A stretch of 33,857 nt of DNA, taken from positions 1 through 33,857 of the forward strand of contig JAYXXU010000114.1 of assembly GCA_036019135.1 (NCBI GenBank), written 5' to 3'. Made by a program: the position numbers and the translations under genes. This DNA comes from Pseudomonadota bacterium. Its GTDB lineage: Bacteria > Pseudomonadota > Gammaproteobacteria > Pseudomonadales > Moraxellaceae. Below the pieces are notes generated by a model. That model did not search any database. It saw nothing but the letters and a program-made list of their open reading frames with translations, and was not told where the DNA came from. Positions 9,598 to 18,807 of the stretch are shown piece by piece (within the stretch, counting starts at the first letter, position 1; every line of letters starts with the position of its first letter).

Positions 9598-11187
9598 ATG
9601 ATGCAAAGCTATTATCGGTTGAAACAGGTACTGCCTGTCATCGCTACCCTATTCGTGGTGAGCTGTGTCTCAGTGCCTAAAGATCGAGGCATGGTAGACG
9701 TGAATCACTTGCTTGCATCGCGTCAACCCAGCCTCGCTCAGCAGCCCAATGCTTTAAGTCTGTCTGAATCACAGGTGCAACAACAAGTTGACGCACTGTT
9801 GGCACAGACACTTAGTTTAGAAAATGCGGTCACTGTGGCGTTTTTAAAAAACCCAATGCTCAAGCAAGAATACGCCAAACTGGGACTTGTGCAAGCAGAT
9901 GTGATGGAAGCAGGGCGGCTCAGCAATCCTGTGCTGTCTTTAAGTGCCTCCACATCTAATGTGGCAAATGAGCGCACAGCCTTTGATTACGGTTTGGTGC
10001 AAAACTTTACAGAGCTACTATTTCTAAAAACACGCCGTCAAGCTGCACAACTCGATCTGCAACGCGCCAAGGCCGATACAGGCATGGCTTTACAACATTT
10101 TGCCGCGCAGGTGGCAAATGCTTATATTCAGTTGGTCAAAGCTGAACAGATCATGCAGATGCAGCGCGTCGCAGCGCAAGCGGCGGCAACGTCAAGTCAT
10201 CTGGCAGAACGTTTCTATAAGGCAGGCAATATTAGCGCTTTAGAGCTTGCGAGAGAACAAGCATCTGCGACCCAAGCACACATTTCAGTGGATAACAGCT
10301 TGGCAGACCTCGCCTTGGCACGCACACGGTTGCGTCAATTGATGGGGCTAGATGCGACTCAAGACCAATGGACTGTTGAGAATGAGTTGCCGCTACCGAA
10401 CGAAAGTGAGCCAAGCATGGCTGACTTGCATGTAACAGCCTTGAACAACAGGCTCGATCTAACCTCGGCTAGATTGGAAGCACAAGCTTATGCGCGTGTA
10501 TTAGGATTATCTCAATCATTACAGTGGCTACCGCTACTTGAAGTTGGGGTGCAAGGCTCAAAAGAAAGCAGTGGTGCACGCTTGATTGGCCCAACTGTGG
10601 CTATTGAACTGCCAATTTTCGGTAAAAACCGCGCCAACCAACTTAGAGCACAAGCACGGCTAGAGCAAGCAACACAAAAGGCGATTGCACTAGAAACTGA
10701 GATTAGCAGCCAAATCCATACGCTGTATCAGCAGATGATGGTGGCTCGTTCCCGTTTTGGTCGATACCAAAACGAGCTGCTACCGCAGCGTCAAGCAATT
10801 CTGGCGCGGAGTGTGGAAATGCATAATTACATGCTCGTGGGTCAATTCGATCTATTGACTGCAAAACAGCAAGAAATTGAAGCGAATCAAGGTCTGATCA
10901 ATGCGTTGGGGGAATACTGGCTCAAGCGCACTGAACTTACTCAAATGGTAGGTGCTGACTTACCGCATTCCGCTCAGTCAGATGCACCAAGGTTGGAAAA
11001 TACCCGTTCGGCCAAACCAGTCAGTTCCCAGTCAGTACAGCAGGCACATGCAGGTCACGGAATGGCTCATGTTCAGCAGCCAACCCCACAGGAGACCACC
11101 ATGCCGCTTCAGGAAAACGTGCGGCCTAACGAAACAGACTCCTCTCAGGTTCCAGACAGCAGTAGTCCATCAGTGCATAAACATTGA
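9598..11187 (+). CDS. Outer-membrane efflux factor (TolC/OprM family) lipoprotein with a C-terminal low-complexity tail
   Basis: It has the lipobox FVVSC and two OEP-type repeat halves rich in coiled-coil Q/A/L sequence. The last 73 or so residues are Pro/Ser/Gln/His-rich (HAGHGMAHVQQ...SVHKH). Confidence 0.8.
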   Translation: MMQSYYRLKQVLPVIATLFVVSCVSVPKDRGMVDVNHLLASRQPSLAQQPNALSLSESQVQQQVDALLAQTLSLENAVTVAFLKNPMLKQEYAKLGLVQADVMEAGRLSNPVLSLSASTSNVANERTAFDYGLVQNFTELLFLKTRRQAAQLDLQRAKADTGMALQHFAAQVANAYIQLVKAEQIMQMQRVAAQAAATSSHLAERFYKAGNISALELAREQASATQAHISVDNSLADLALARTRLRQLMGLDATQDQWTVENELPLPNESEPSMADLHVTALNNRLDLTSARLEAQAYARVLGLSQSLQWLPLLEVGVQGSKESSGARLIGPTVAIELPIFGKNRANQLRAQARLEQATQKAIALETEISSQIHTLYQQMMVARSRFGRYQNELLPQRQAILARSVEMHNYMLVGQFDLLTAKQQEIEANQGLINALGEYWLKRTELTQMVGADLPHSAQSDAPRLENTRSAKPVSSQSVQQAHAGHGMAHVQQPTPQETTMPLQENVRPNETDSSQVPDSSSPSVHKH

Positions 11188-11239
11188 TTGACCCCGTTTT
11201 TTCTCGGGCCTTCGCCCATTCACCGTCAAGAGGTTTTTT

Positions 11240-11599
11240 ATGAATACGCGCTTTCTTCATCTTATAGCTGCCTGCAGCACAACACTCGTTTTGCTGTCAC
11301 AACCAGCACTCGCACACGATCCCGCTGAACACGCTAAAGAGGCAGCCAGTGCAAAGGCAGCCCCTAACTGTGCCGCCATGCAAAGCATGGATCGCTCAAA
11401 AATGGACATGAATGATCCTGTCATGAAAGCCATGCATGCACGCTGTGCTGCAAAAATGCGAGCCGAGCCAAACAGCATGAGCAATATGGACCATAGCAAG
11501 ATGGAAGGAATGGATCATTCGCAGATGAACATGGGCAGCAAGCCACCTGCACCTAGCAATAAACCTGCACCTTCAGCAAATGGGCACGAGGGACACTAA
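11240..11599 (+). CDS. Secreted Met/His-rich putative copper-binding protein
   Basis: It has a signal peptide (LLSQPALA/HDP) and repeated MDxSxM motifs (MDRSKMDM, MDHSKMEGMDHSQMNM). Confidence 0.65.
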   Translation: MNTRFLHLIAACSTTLVLLSQPALAHDPAEHAKEAASAKAAPNCAAMQSMDRSKMDMNDPVMKAMHARCAAKMRAEPNSMSNMDHSKMEGMDHSQMNMGSKPPAPSNKPAPSANGHEGH

Positions 11600-11600
11600 G

Positions 11601-13040
11601 ATGACATCTCGACGCAGTCTGCTCAAATGGATGGGAATAGGTGGTGCTAGTGCGATTGCTGGCACGCTGACCAATACCGTCCGCGCCCAATCCGATATGC
11701 ATGTCATGGCAGAAATGAGCGAGTCTATGACTGCGTCGCCTGATTCGATGGCAGCAGATACCCTGCCTCTAAACCCAAAAAATCAGGATAACCGCTACAA
11801 CCCAGTGCAAACCCTCAATGGTTGGACGCTCCCCTATACGCTTAAAGATGGCGTGAAAGAGTTCCACCTCGTCGCTGAAGAAATTGAGCATGAATTTTCA
11901 CCCGGCAGTATAGCCAAGTGCTGGGGTTACAACGGCACTACACCTGGCCCTACTATTGAAGTGGTAGAGGGAGATCGCATTCGAATTCTAGTGACCAATC
12001 GACTGGGTGAGCCAACTAGCATCCACTGGCACGGCATTGACTTACCTAATGGTATGGATGGTGTGGCCGGTCTGAATCAACCTGGAATTGAACCAAACGA
12101 AACGTTTGTCTATGAATTCACGCTGCGGCAGCACGGTACGCACATGTACCATCCTCACGCCGATGAAATGACCCAGATGGCCTATGGCATGATGGGGATG
12201 TTCATCATCCATCCTAATGCTGGTGAAAAAATTCCTATTGCGCGTGACTATTGTTTCTTAATGCATAATTGGTCACTGCACCCAGGCACCTATAGACCCG
12301 ATCCATCAATTATGCAAGATTTTGATTTATGGACATTTAACAGTAAAACCTTTCCAGCGATTGATCATCTGGTCGCTGCCACAGGTGAAAGAATTCGAAT
12401 TCGAATGGGCAATTTGTCCATGTGGAATCATCCTATTCACCTACACAGTAATCCTTTTTGGGTGACGGGTTCAGATGGAGGCCGTTGGCCGCAAAGCCAG
12501 TGGAGAAGGGAAGTGACTGAAATTGTTGGTGTTGGGCAAATGAGAGATATTGAATTTGTCGCCACAGAACCAGGAGACTGGGCCTTTCATTGTCATATGG
12601 CACATCACACGATGGGTCCGATGGGGCATGGCGTGCCCAATCCAACAGGAGTAGACCAATCTGGCGTTGAAGCAGACATACGTCAATTGATTCCCAGCTA
12701 TATGGCGATGGGTAAAAATGGTATGAGTGAGCACAGTAGCCATATTGCCATGGGCATGAAAGGACCAGAAAACACGTTACCCATGATGACAGGGCAAGGA
12801 CAGTTTGGTCCTATCGAAATGGGTGGCATGTTCACTGTTCTAAAAGTACGCGACAAATTACCACGTAGCCAAAGCTCAGTGGAAGGATGGTATCGACATC
12901 CTCAAGGTAAAGTTGCTTATAAAATCAGTGAAGACGTTAATTTCGGGCAGCCTGTACGGCGACGTGGCAGTATTTCCCCAAAGCGCCCTGCTGATGACGC
13001 AGCAATGCCAGTCATGGATCACAGCCACCATGGCCGTTAA
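11601..13040 (+). CDS. Tat-exported multicopper oxidase
   Basis: It has a twin-arginine signal (TSRRSLLKWMG...VRAQS) and the copper-ligand motifs HWHG, HPH, HPIHLH and HCHMAHH. A Met-rich segment is present (PSYMAMGKNGMSEHSSHIAMGMKGPENTLPMMTG). The ATG at 11601 follows a GAGGGA ribosome-binding site. Confidence 0.88.
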   Translation: MTSRRSLLKWMGIGGASAIAGTLTNTVRAQSDMHVMAEMSESMTASPDSMAADTLPLNPKNQDNRYNPVQTLNGWTLPYTLKDGVKEFHLVAEEIEHEFSPGSIAKCWGYNGTTPGPTIEVVEGDRIRILVTNRLGEPTSIHWHGIDLPNGMDGVAGLNQPGIEPNETFVYEFTLRQHGTHMYHPHADEMTQMAYGMMGMFIIHPNAGEKIPIARDYCFLMHNWSLHPGTYRPDPSIMQDFDLWTFNSKTFPAIDHLVAATGERIRIRMGNLSMWNHPIHLHSNPFWVTGSDGGRWPQSQWRREVTEIVGVGQMRDIEFVATEPGDWAFHCHMAHHTMGPMGHGVPNPTGVDQSGVEADIRQLIPSYMAMGKNGMSEHSSHIAMGMKGPENTLPMMTGQGQFGPIEMGGMFTVLKVRDKLPRSQSSVEGWYRHPQGKVAYKISEDVNFGQPVRRRGSISPKRPADDAAMPVMDHSHHGR

Positions 13041-13061
13041 ATTAATGAAGAGGCAAGCCAA

Positions 13062-13640
13062 ATGAATATTGTAAAAAGCCTTACTGTAACCTTTGGTATT
13101 TTCCTTTTGGCATCAATTACCTTTATGTATTCGGGACTATATCCGATGGGAGCGGATGTTCCTCACAGCAAGCCAGTGTATTGGGCGTTGGAAACGCTGC
13201 GCGAGCGCTCCATCCAACGTGCAGCCGCCCTCATTCAGCCTCCTGAGTTGGATGACCCACAAATGCTACTCAGTGGTGGGGCAGACTATAACGATATGTG
13301 TGCAGGCTGCCATCTTAAACCCGGTAAAACGTCTTCAGATCTGAGCACTGGTCTTTACCCTACTCCGCCTAACCTGACAGTAAACCAGCAAAAAACAGCA
13401 GATTCTAAGCTTGCCTCGGCACGTCAGTTTTGGATCATTAAACATGGTATCAAAGCCAGTGGCATGCCCGCTTGGGGTGCATCGCATGATGATGCAAGAA
13501 TTTGGGCTATGGTGGCCTTTATCCAAAAAATGCCAACATTAACACCTGACCAATATCAAATTCTTACTGCACGTGAAAGCGATGATATGGCGATGAATGA
13601 CACCGTATTTAAACCTGTTGGGGAATACCAAGGAGATTGA
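13062..13640 (+). CDS. Membrane-anchored or periplasmic mono-haem c-type cytochrome
   Basis: It has a single CxxCH motif (CAGCH), a downstream GMPAWG (likely the Met ligand) and an N-terminal hydrophobic anchor. Confidence 0.8.
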   Translation: MNIVKSLTVTFGIFLLASITFMYSGLYPMGADVPHSKPVYWALETLRERSIQRAAALIQPPELDDPQMLLSGGADYNDMCAGCHLKPGKTSSDLSTGLYPTPPNLTVNQQKTADSKLASARQFWIIKHGIKASGMPAWGASHDDARIWAMVAFIQKMPTLTPDQYQILTARESDDMAMNDTVFKPVGEYQGD

Positions 13641-14179
13641 TGATCATGAGACTCTCTAAAAAAACCGCACTCGGACTAATATCTATATTGATGCTGACTG
13701 CTTGCAACAACGCCGCAAACCAAACCATTGCCGCACCAGCTCAACCCCAAAACGCCAGCAATAGCTTTAAAGAGGCTACTAGCATTTTTACAGTATATAA
13801 AAGTCCAACCTGTGGCTGTTGCCAGAAGTGGATTAACCATTTGGAACAGCAAGGGTTAAAGACCGTAATAGATCACCCTGCCGACTTAAACTCGATCAAA
13901 AAGCAGTATCAGATTGCTCAAGAGGTGCGTTCTTGTCACACAACAATTTCAGAAGAAGGTTATGTTTTTGAGGGACATGTGCCTGCTCGTTATATTAAAC
14001 AATTTTTAAGAAATCCCCCAGCAGATGCACTTGGCTTGGCAGTACCAAGCATGCCACTAGGTAGTCCAGGGATGGAAGTGGGAGATGAATTTATGCCTTA
14101 CAAAGTTTTGCTGTTAAAGAAAAATGGTACCTACAGCACTTTTACCGAGGTAAATACGGTTGGGCAACAGTACGAATGA
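13640..14179 (+). CDS. copG: DUF411 (CopG-family) periplasmic copper-binding protein
   Basis: It has a lipoprotein-like signal (MLTAC) and the CxCC motif in YKSPTCGCCQKW, plus GHVP and SPGME motifs. The start could be the ATG at 13640 or the one at 13646. Confidence 0.8.
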   Translation: MIMRLSKKTALGLISILMLTACNNAANQTIAAPAQPQNASNSFKEATSIFTVYKSPTCGCCQKWINHLEQQGLKTVIDHPADLNSIKKQYQIAQEVRSCHTTISEEGYVFEGHVPARYIKQFLRNPPADALGLAVPSMPLGSPGMEVGDEFMPYKVLLLKKNGTYSTFTEVNTVGQQYE

Positions 14180-14377
14180 ACAGAAAATCCAGCAAGTTCC
14201 ACGGCTAGGTCGCCTACATCAGCTTTTTGAAAAAATTAGTCTAACAAGTCTAAAAGAGTCGCTGATTCAACAAAAAGGATGACTTATAGCACTTTGTTCA
14301 CGGATGGCGCACCTCAACTCTTGGCTGCAAGATGCCCCGAAAGGCATCAGAAAGTCTAATGCTGATGGGTGCTATTT

Positions 14378-14776
14378 TTACTGATCAAGCCCCGTCTCAA
14401 GTTGCTGCAAGATCGGACAGTCGGGCTGACTGTCCCCGCAACAGGCTTCCGCCAACTCAATCAGCGTATCGCGCATACGAGTCAGTCCCTGAATACGCTG
14501 ATCCAACTCGGCAATATGTATTGCTGTCAGTTGTTTGACGTCGGCACTGGCGCGAGTTTGATTTTGCCAAAGTGAGAGGAGGTCTTTGACTTGTGTGAGA
14601 GAGAAGCCTAGTTCGCGTGCGTGTCGCACAAACTGAAACAGATGAACGTCACGACTGGTATATTGGCGATAACCTGTATCTGTGCGTGGGCTGGTCTCAA
14701 TTAAGCCAATACTTTCGTAATGTCGGATCATTTTAGCTGACAAGCCACTGGCTTTCGCCACTGCACCAATATTCAT
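14378..14776 (-). CDS. cueR: MerR-family Cu(I)-responsive regulator CueR
   Basis: It starts [26 protein letters not shown] and has a C-terminal metal loop ([10 protein letters not shown]). It overlaps the copA stop by 4 nt. Confidence 0.88.
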   Translation of the reverse strand: MNIGAVAKASGLSAKMIRHYESIGLIETSPRTDTGYRQYTSRDVHLFQFVRHARELGFSLTQVKDLLSLWQNQTRASADVKQLTAIHIAELDQRIQGLTRMRDTLIELAEACCGDSQPDCPILQQLETGLDQ

Positions 14777-17187
14777 ACTGATGGTAGCTCCGTAACAGGC
14801 TGACGTTTGGCACGCCAGCGTCTAAGCAATAAGGAATTGAGCACTACACTGACACTCGATACAGCCATCGCAGCCCCTGCAATCATTGGACTAAGAAAAC
14901 CCAAGGCCGCCAACGGAATCGCAATCACGTTATAAATGAATGCCCAGAACAGATTCTGCTGGATTTTATGGTAGGTGCGTGTGGAGAGGTCAATCGCATC
15001 AGCAACCAATGCAGGATCACCGCGCATCAGGGTGATCCCTGCGCTGTGCATGGCCACATCTGTACCGGTACTCATCGCAATCCCGACATCAGCAGCGGCA
15101 AGGGCCGGTGCATCATTTAAGCCATCACCGACCATCGCCACCACCTGATGCTGCTGTTTCAAGGATTGAATATAGTCTACTTTTTCGGCAGGCAATAAAC
15201 TGGCTTGGACGATATCAATCGACAATGCCTCAGCCACCATCTGGGCTGCACCTAGATTATCACCAGTCAGCATGGCGGTTTGGATGCCCATGTGTTGTAG
15301 TTTAGCCACTGCACCTGCTGCACTTGGCTTGATCTGATCACCAAATGCCATTAAACCCAGCAGCCGAGCAGCCGCTGTTTGTCCGTGTGCCACTGCCAGC
15401 CATGACACCGTGCGCCCTTGTTGTTCTAGCTGAACTGATCTTGCCAGCAGTGCATCGAGAGTAACACCTTGCTCTTGCATCAGCCGCTGATTACCGAGTA
15501 AATAGGTCTGTCCATCAATCTGTGCCGACAAACCGCGACCCGCTAACGTCTGTAAATTCTGCACCGATTGCAGGGTAATCTGATCGCGCTTGGCAACCGC
15601 TGAGACCGCTTTGGCCAACGGATGATCACTGCCTGCTTGCAGACTGGCAATCAGTTGCAGTAGCGCGGCATCTGTACCATCTATCGCTTCAACGGCGACC
15701 ACATCAGGCTGTCCAATGGTGAGCGTGCCCGTTTTATCAAAGGCCACCAGTTTTATCCGATGGGCAAGCTCTAGGCTCTGAGCGTCTTTAATCAAGATAC
15801 CCTGTTGTGCAGCCATGCCAGTGCCGACCATAATCGCGGTCGGCGTGGCCAATCCTAGCGCACAGGGGCAGGCGATCACCAAGACTGACACGGCATTGAT
15901 AATCGCAATCTCCGCATCCCCAGTGACCCACCACCAAGCCATCAGGGTGATCAAGGCAATCAGCAGCACGACTGGCACAAACACTTGGCTGACCTGATCG
16001 ACCAAACGCTGAATCGGTGCTTTGCCTGCTTGGGCATCTTCGACCAAGCGAATCATCCGCGCCAGCATGCTGTCATGACCAACCGCTGTGGTGCGTACCA
16101 GCAGTCGACCTTCCGCATTCATCGCACCGCCTGTGACGTGGTCTCCTAGGCTTTTTTCAACGGGTAGACTTTCACCAGTCAGCATCGACTCATCGACCTG
16201 ACTGTGTCCTTCGGTCACGTCACCGTCGACTGGAATTCGTTCGCCAGCTTTGACGATTACCACATCGTCCACTTCAATTTGATCGATTGGAAGCTCGATT
16301 TCTGATCCATCGCGTAAAATTCGGGCAGTGTTGGGACGCAGTGCCTGTAGGGCAGTAATCGCGGTGACGGTCTGTTGTTTGGCTCGTTGCTCTAACCATT
16401 TGCCGAGCAAGACTAAGGTAATTACCACCGCTGAGGCTTCAAAGTACAGATGTGGCATTTGCCCTGCGTCAGCGGTCAGCCACAAATAAATACTTAAGCC
16501 ATAAGCCGCACTAGTTCCCAAGGCGACCAACACATCCATATTGGCTGTGCCTGCTTTAAGCGCGCCCCAACCTGCCCGATAAAACCGCGCGCCTAACCAA
16601 AACTGTACCGGCGTCGCAAGCAGGAATTGCAGCCATGCGGGCAGCATCCAATTTAGACCAATCGTCATCGCCAGCATGCTGAGTAGCATCGGCAGTGATA
16701 AGAGAGCGCCAGCCGCGACAGGCCACCATTCAGGCAAGCGTTTCAACACACTTGGCTGAGAACCAGAGGCATCTGGTGGCGGTAGCGACGCGCGGTAACC
16801 CGCTTGCTGGATCGCCTCGATCAGTGTGGCAATTGGCAAGCCCTTGATGATTTGAATTGTGGCGCGTTCAGTGACCAGATTGACACTGGCATGTTGTACT
16901 CCAGACACTGCCTGCAATGCGGTTTCGATCCGAGAGGCGCAACTGGCACAGGTCATGCCACTAATATCAAGGCGAATCGATTCAGTGGTGACCTGATAGC
17001 CAGCGATTTCAACCGCCTGTTGTAGCGCAGCCATGCTTAAATCGGCGTTTCCGTCTACCGTGGCCAGTTCAGTGACCAAATTGACACTGGCCTGATTGAC
17101 TGCGGGAAGTTGCTGCAAGGCACGCTCAATCCGACTTGCACAGCTGGCACAGGTCATACCGCTAATTCCAATTGAGAAATGACTCAT
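14773..17187 (-). CDS. copA: Copper-translocating P1B-type ATPase
   Basis: It has two N-terminal HMA domains ([12 protein letters not shown] twice) and the motifs CPC ([11 protein letters not shown]), DKTGT and [10 protein letters not shown]. It is 804 aa long. Confidence 0.95.
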   Translation of the reverse strand: MSHFSIGISGMTCASCASRIERALQQLPAVNQASVNLVTELATVDGNADLSMAALQQAVEIAGYQVTTESIRLDISGMTCASCASRIETALQAVSGVQHASVNLVTERATIQIIKGLPIATLIEAIQQAGYRASLPPPDASGSQPSVLKRLPEWWPVAAGALLSLPMLLSMLAMTIGLNWMLPAWLQFLLATPVQFWLGARFYRAGWGALKAGTANMDVLVALGTSAAYGLSIYLWLTADAGQMPHLYFEASAVVITLVLLGKWLEQRAKQQTVTAITALQALRPNTARILRDGSEIELPIDQIEVDDVVIVKAGERIPVDGDVTEGHSQVDESMLTGESLPVEKSLGDHVTGGAMNAEGRLLVRTTAVGHDSMLARMIRLVEDAQAGKAPIQRLVDQVSQVFVPVVLLIALITLMAWWWVTGDAEIAIINAVSVLVIACPCALGLATPTAIMVGTGMAAQQGILIKDAQSLELAHRIKLVAFDKTGTLTIGQPDVVAVEAIDGTDAALLQLIASLQAGSDHPLAKAVSAVAKRDQITLQSVQNLQTLAGRGLSAQIDGQTYLLGNQRLMQEQGVTLDALLARSVQLEQQGRTVSWLAVAHGQTAAARLLGLMAFGDQIKPSAAGAVAKLQHMGIQTAMLTGDNLGAAQMVAEALSIDIVQASLLPAEKVDYIQSLKQQHQVVAMVGDGLNDAPALAAADVGIAMSTGTDVAMHSAGITLMRGDPALVADAIDLSTRTYHKIQQNLFWAFIYNVIAIPLAALGFLSPMIAGAAMAVSSVSVVLNSLLLRRWRAKRQPVTELPSV

Positions 17188-17223
17188 AGGTGATCTCCGA
17201 CATAATGTTTTAATTGTAAAAAA

Positions 17224-17424
17224 TCAGCTTGTCACAGTCGCATCAAAACCAAGTTTTTGAATAATGGTTAAAATTGCTGCTGCTGATTCGGCACTGTCAA
17301 CCGTGACTAACTTGTTGGCGAGATTGACCACGACCTCGGCTTTGGCATCCTGATTTTTGATGGCTTGGGTGATTTTTTTGATACAGCTACCGCAGCCCAT
17401 ACCGCTGACATGGAATGTATACAT
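17224..17424 (-). CDS. copZ: Copper chaperone CopZ (HMA domain)
   Basis: The 66-aa protein has the motif GMGCGSC. Confidence 0.88.
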   Translation of the reverse strand: MYTFHVSGMGCGSCIKKITQAIKNQDAKAEVVVNLANKLVTVDSAESAAAILTIIQKLGFDATVTS

Positions 17425-17464
17425 GATGAAAACCTCAATCGTTTCGACAGGAGATACTGTCTGA

Positions 17465-17502
17465 TCCTTACAACATGAGGCTTCCCATCATGGTAAGGTC
17501 AA
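17465..17502 (-). promoter_or_regulatory. Putative CueR-dependent promoter/operator of copZ-copA-cueR
   Basis: The minus strand reads TTGACC-TTACCATGATGGGAAGCCT-CATGTT, a -35 hexamer with a 19-bp spacer. The dyad ACCTTACC-N5-GGGAAGCC resembles the CueR operator pattern ACCTTCCC-N5-GGGAAGGT. The -10 element is weak. Confidence 0.55.
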
Positions 17503-17538
17503 GCCTGATAGCGATTTTTTTGTATTTTTTTGGATGCC

Positions 17539-17826
17539 CTAATGTCCGGTATCAACGTACATCCGAGCAAGCGTTGACACAGAATCCTGAACACTACCCA
17601 AAAAACGGCATAGGCTTATCCCGAATTGGCGTTGTTTTAGTTCGCGCCAACGCAGCATCAGTGCAGCATCTTCTTGCTCAAAAGTGGATTCGCCACGTTC
17701 AACCCGATCAAACATCGCCATAAGCTCCGTTTGGCTGTTGGCAATCACACTGTCATCAAATTCAAGATCGACAATCCCCATAGCTCGATCACGGTTTTTT
17801 TGGAACTCAGTTTGTGCCGCGGTCAT
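17539..17826 (-). CDS. Hypothetical protein (95 aa); possibly a truncated or junction ORF
   Basis: This is an open frame only, and I recognise no motif in it. Confidence 0.3.
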   Translation of the reverse strand: MTAAQTEFQKNRDRAMGIVDLEFDDSVIANSQTELMAMFDRVERGESTFEQEDAALMLRWRELKQRQFGISLCRFLGSVQDSVSTLARMYVDTGH

Positions 17827-17949
17827 GATGCGCTCTGGTTGACATGCTGATTTAATGCTATACCGCTTGAACGATTTGTATCATGAGCTTAGGCATGGCA
17901 AACGGCTGGACGATCTAACAGCCAGCTTGTTTAACCATGCCTTGACCAC

Positions 17950-18270
17950 TTACGGCGTATGCGTCTTCACATAGTCCCGCAACACCTGATTGATCCGCGT
18001 TTGCCAACCTTTGCCACTGGCCTTGAAGGTTGCTAGCACATCAGCATCTAAGCGCATCGTGGTCGCGACTTTAGGTCGATCCGATACCGGACGACCGACG
18101 GTACGGCCAACGGTCTTGTCGCCGACCTTCATCACTGCACCTGCCCAATCCGCCTCTGTAGTGGCTGGATTATCCTGATCAAAGGCAATCTCTTCGTCTG
18201 TCATTGCAGCTACCCTTGCCCAATCGGTCAGATCAACTGGGGTAGCAGCGCCAATAGTATTTTTGCTCAT
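17950..18270 (-). CDS. brnA: BrnA-family antitoxin, copy 2
   Basis: I prefer the start MSKNTIGAATPVDL at 18270. The protein is near-identical to copy 1. Its start overlaps the brnT 3' end. Confidence 0.85.
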   Translation of the reverse strand: MSKNTIGAATPVDLTDWARVAAMTDEEIAFDQDNPATTEADWAGAVMKVGDKTVGRTVGRPVSDRPKVATTMRLDADVLATFKASGKGWQTRINQVLRDYVKTHTP

Positions 18271-18508
18271 GCTTGCTCGCCTTACGAATTGAAATGATGT
18301 GGTCGCACTGATCACGGGCAGTATGAACCATCATGACCACGACAACGTTTCCATACAGACCCAAGGTTTGAAATCGCTGCTCACCATAATCTTCTCTGGA
18401 GTCCTCCATGGTGATATGGAAACCCTCAAGGACGCTGGCAGCACCAATAAAGTCAAACCCATGCTTCTCAAGATTGCTTAAGCGTTTGGCTTCATCAAAG
18501 GTAATCAT
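18233..18508 (-). CDS. brnT: BrnT-family (DUF497) ribonuclease toxin, intact
   Basis: It starts MITFDEAKRLSNLEKHGFDFIGAASVLEG and continues ...YGEQRFQTLG...IISIRKASKHEQKYY. The toxin-first gene order is typical of brnTA. Confidence 0.85.
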   Translation of the reverse strand: MITFDEAKRLSNLEKHGFDFIGAASVLEGFHITMEDSREDYGEQRFQTLGLYGNVVVVMMVHTARDQCDHIISIRKASKHEQKYYWRCYPS

Positions 18509-18640
18509 GCTTGCTCCTTATCACCAATTATTGTACTAACAAAAAATAGGATCGTCAAAACATCTTAAGTATTTCAGGCTAGTCGCAGACCACAGCAGCA
18601 GTCATTCAAATGACGAATCAGCGCAGCCCCTCATCCCCCA

Positions 18641-18683
18641 CTACGCCCCCTTTAATCGCCCTGTAGAGCGTCGCATGATGACA
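18641..18683 (-). pseudogene. 3'-terminal remnant (about 13 codons plus stop) of a resolvase gene homologous to 4990-5541
   Basis: Bases 18618-18683 align with 4967-5031, apart from a few substitutions and a 1-nt indel. The alignment ends abruptly at 18683. Confidence 0.6.
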
Positions 18684-18807
18684 TATGGCGTAGCAACACA
18701 GCACGAATGGTCTGGTCTGGACAACCAGTTCTCATATGCACCATTCGCAAGCAGTTCCTGAACGTTTTTATTAAAAAACCATTCTTTGTGAACGTTTTTT
18801 AGCTATT

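Larger units (their letters stand above)
17950..18683. repeat. Dispersed repeat A, copy 2 (brnA, intact brnT and resolvase 3' remnant)
   Basis: See copy 1. This copy contains about 275 bp (18344-18617) that copy 1 lacks. Confidence 0.8.

Noticed and set aside
14773-17187. Short plus-strand ORFs inside copA (15108-15305, 15815-15997, 16804-17025). Similar antisense ORFs lie inside cusS, cusR, the oxidase, the outer-membrane factor, hipA, the DUF4331 gene and the receptor.
   Set aside because: All are shadow frames opposite long genes with strong motifs. They have no ribosome-binding sites or recognisable motifs.
17571-17579. The 9-mer GCGTTGACA, identical to the IS21 terminal sequence
   Set aside because: The match does not extend beyond 9 bp, and neither the internal repeat nor a partner end lies nearby. 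It is probably chance.
17475-17723. 82-aa plus-strand ORF beginning in the copZ promoter
   Set aside because: It overlaps the CueR operator and runs antisense to the 17539-17826 ORF. It shows no motif or ribosome-binding site.
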